From Antedon mediterranea (lineage: Eukaryota > Animalia > Echinodermata), in NCBI RefSeq assembly GCF_964355755.1, contig NC_092674.1, forward strand, positions 24,180,001-24,244,000: a stretch of 64,000 nt of DNA, read 5' to 3'. Position 1 is the first letter of the stretch; each line of letters opens with the position of its first letter. The position numbers and the translations under genes were made by a program. The notes under the pieces are model-generated. The model was not told the DNA's origin and did no database searches. It saw only the letters and a program-made list of their open reading frames with translations. Below are positions 61,047-64,000 of the stretch, one piece after another.

Positions 61047-64000
61047 ATTGATCACTTTTAAGATCAAATTATCAACTAACGTTTATTGATTAATTATCTG
61101 CTTATAAACCGAATTACAAATCGGATTGGGAGTGTTAGGAAGCAGGATAGGACATAGATTATGTTATTAAAAGTGATATCCCGATGGCACACCTCAGACC
61201 TAGTTTACTTTATGAGTTCGCGAAATAGTATAGTGTGTATCTATAATATTCTGAAGTTATCCGCCACTTCCATCTTAAATCATCAAGGCCAGACTGCAAG
61301 TCAGGCAATGTGAACAGGCGGTACTAACGTTTAATCAAGTAGCTACGTAAACGGAACATTCTAGGTTGATTGAGTATTGCGCGCTAATGTGAACTCCTGG
61401 TAGTTGTGACGTCATTTTTGTTATGTTGAAAGATAGAGACTGCCACTGGACACTATTTTACTCGGTTGTACGGACGGCTCCGCCTCGTTAAAATAGAGAA
61501 GTCAATCTTTCAACTTAAATATGCATTATCCCCCAAAAACATGAAAAGTAAAGATAAATTATATCAGACTTTGAATAGGTTATTTTGTAGTTTTAATAAA
61601 GTGAATTACTTCCGTAGAAGAACAAATAATTTGTTCACCTTTTGACAATTTCTTTGCTTTAAATTACAGTTTTTCAGGTAAATATATGTTGTTTTCTGAT
61701 AGCTGAGACATTAAAATGGCATATTCAACAACAAAAATTGTAAGAATTTTTTTTCAGGGGGACAATACATCTCCATTCAACAAATACAAAACAGTCATCA
61801 TCAATAGTGTTCTATTCTACATTAGTGATTTACTATTTTGCCCAACGTGCCAACGTTCTGGAAGAGTGCATATTCCTCTTCGTCTTACACTTTCCTTTTT
61901 GATTTTATTCAATTTTTCAAGTCAGGGGCGTCGGAACGATTTTGAGCATGGTCAAATGCATTGAAAGAAAGATGATGGAGTGGAAATATGGTGTAGTGTT
62001 TTCGTTCATTTGGTAGTTCGTTGAGTTAGTAGTTCACTCCATTTAACTTCTGCAACTATTAATTAAAAAATAATCGACAACAAAGTATAAGTAACAAAAC
62101 ATAAGCAACGTTTATTAATCATTATCATAATATACAGTATACTTTAAATAAAATTGTACATCATCTTCACTGAATATTGGCATTGAAAAAAAAATCCTTT
62201 CATATATTCATGTCAAAATAACTCTTTACTTTAAATATTGAATAGAGCTGCTTTAAGAGAGGGCTATAATACGGTAATATGCAGATTAACCTATTAGCAT
62301 AAAAAGTATACAATTTTTATAGCCCAAGAGACATAAACATTACACAATAATATACATTTACAAACAACACCAACGGTATATTTTTAAAGGTTAGATTATA
62401 CATTCTGAGGAAAGTCGATATGTTCTACTCCAAAACCTACCATGCAATACCTTATTAATTTATATATTTATAGTATTTATAATAATGTACAAATAGTAAA
62501 TAATATTTTATTAACAGTACTCAGTCATTCGTCAATAATTGTTGCAAAAAGCTTTAGAAAAATACAGTGCGCATTTATTATATTATTTTTTTTATATATT
62601 AACTTCATACTGTTAATACTTTCCAAATGGAAGACCAAAACGGGAAGACTAATCACTCTTGTTGATTGCCTACTTAATTGTACTTATTATTCACTAAACC
62701 ATCACATATCGATTTACCAATATTATATTTTTAAACTATACACAATATACATTATTTTCAACAAAATGTTAAGTATAAAACGGCAGCAATAATTTACAAA
62801 GTACAATAAATACCCGCTCATTTATTAGTTATTTTTCTGTTCGTTATAAAATAGCAGCATACAGTATAATCAAGACTTGTTTATTTCCAATTTTACAGTA
62901 ATTTTTCCTCATAAAAACCAAAAATGTCAAATTAAGTCATTACGTCACTGTTACCATTAATTTAATATAAGCTTGGACTTGGACGCATCGCAAGTAATTT
63001 GACCAATCACGAGCGATGGATTATTGAAAGTGTCGCTTGTCATTAGTCAACTTATTTGCGTTACGTCCTAGTGGGAACCAATTTTTACCGAGTCGTAATG
63101 TTGTTGTAGCACAACAATACCTTCTCCCAATAATTACGTTACGTTAACTTAGTCAATATAATAATAGGCCACACATCGTGCATAATGTGACTCTTTTAGC
63201 GTTTATAGGCCTATTGAAGTTTTGTATTTAAAATTCCAAACATACTCCTATCAAAGAAACAACTCGTCGTTAACATTTCGAAGATAACATAATAAGTTCA
63301 ACTTAAAATTAAATTGTAAAATCTACTACGTAATCAGAATATGTCAGGACAGTCAAGACACTTTGATAATATGGTAATACGTAAAGTTAAAATCATTGAA
63401 TAAATAACAAGCATAATATATTGGCCAATCAGAAAGTTTTGATTATTCTCTCCATGATTTAGCCAAACGAGGAACCAATGTTCAACAACGACAATTAGAT
63501 CGTAGTTTAGCCCTAACATATTTAATAGTAAAGCTATAAAAAGGATTGTTGAAGTTCATTAAAAACGTATATGTAAAATTAACTTAATACTAAATTAATA
63601 ATAATTATTAATAAATAAATCATGCAATATTACGGTTTTCCCATAAAAGTATAACATAACGGTAATTACATTGATAAGTATGACACTACATGGCAACTTG
63701 TAATTATATAATAATATAACTTATATTGTATTGCAGCAGTTACCAATTGAATATATAAATTAATCGCCTAGTTTCTTTTGACAACATTTGCTTTTTGTAC
63801 GTGCGATTGTAACTTACGACCACTTAGCCTTTCAGTCTTTCCAGCAGGAAATCCGAAGCGAAATTGTGATTTAGATGTATTTTTATTTTGAATTTTCTCT
63901 TGACTTATTGGTCTTGCAATAGCCGGAGCTTGTAGTTTGGAAACCGGAACGTGAGAAAGAGGTTCACCAACTTCACAATAAACAACGTGGTTCTGTTCCG

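Noticed and set aside
61800-64000. Short ORFs at 62442-62792 and 63334-63519
   Set aside because: Low-complexity AT-rich translations with no motifs or supporting exon structure. The region may be the 3' UTR or intron of a gene beyond the window.

Overview
AT-rich, intron-containing animal DNA, probably a marine invertebrate (inferred from gene and transposon content), not prokaryotic. Host genes: the last three exons of an arylsulfatase A-like gene (+, 6285-8716) and five intact four-exon paralogues (17704-61046) encoding secreted 244-259 aa proteins. These carry a spongin/short-chain collagen C4-type C-terminal domain but no Gly-X-Y helix. Most of the rest is nested mobile DNA. It includes a very young full-length BEL/Pao LTR retrotransposon (9153-17097) and an 8.9 kb Kolobok DNA transposon (44310-53174) with 477 bp TIRs, a seven-exon THAP-DDE transposase, a convergent KolX gene and a LINE in one intron. 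It also includes a truncated L1/Tx1 LINE bracketed by a ~560 bp direct duplication, two different GG...CC elements stacked at one 8 bp site, a P-element-like excision footprint, a SINE, many MITEs and three minisatellites. All exon boundaries, repeat lengths and mismatch counts were read by eye. Family names rest on recalled motifs, not database searches.
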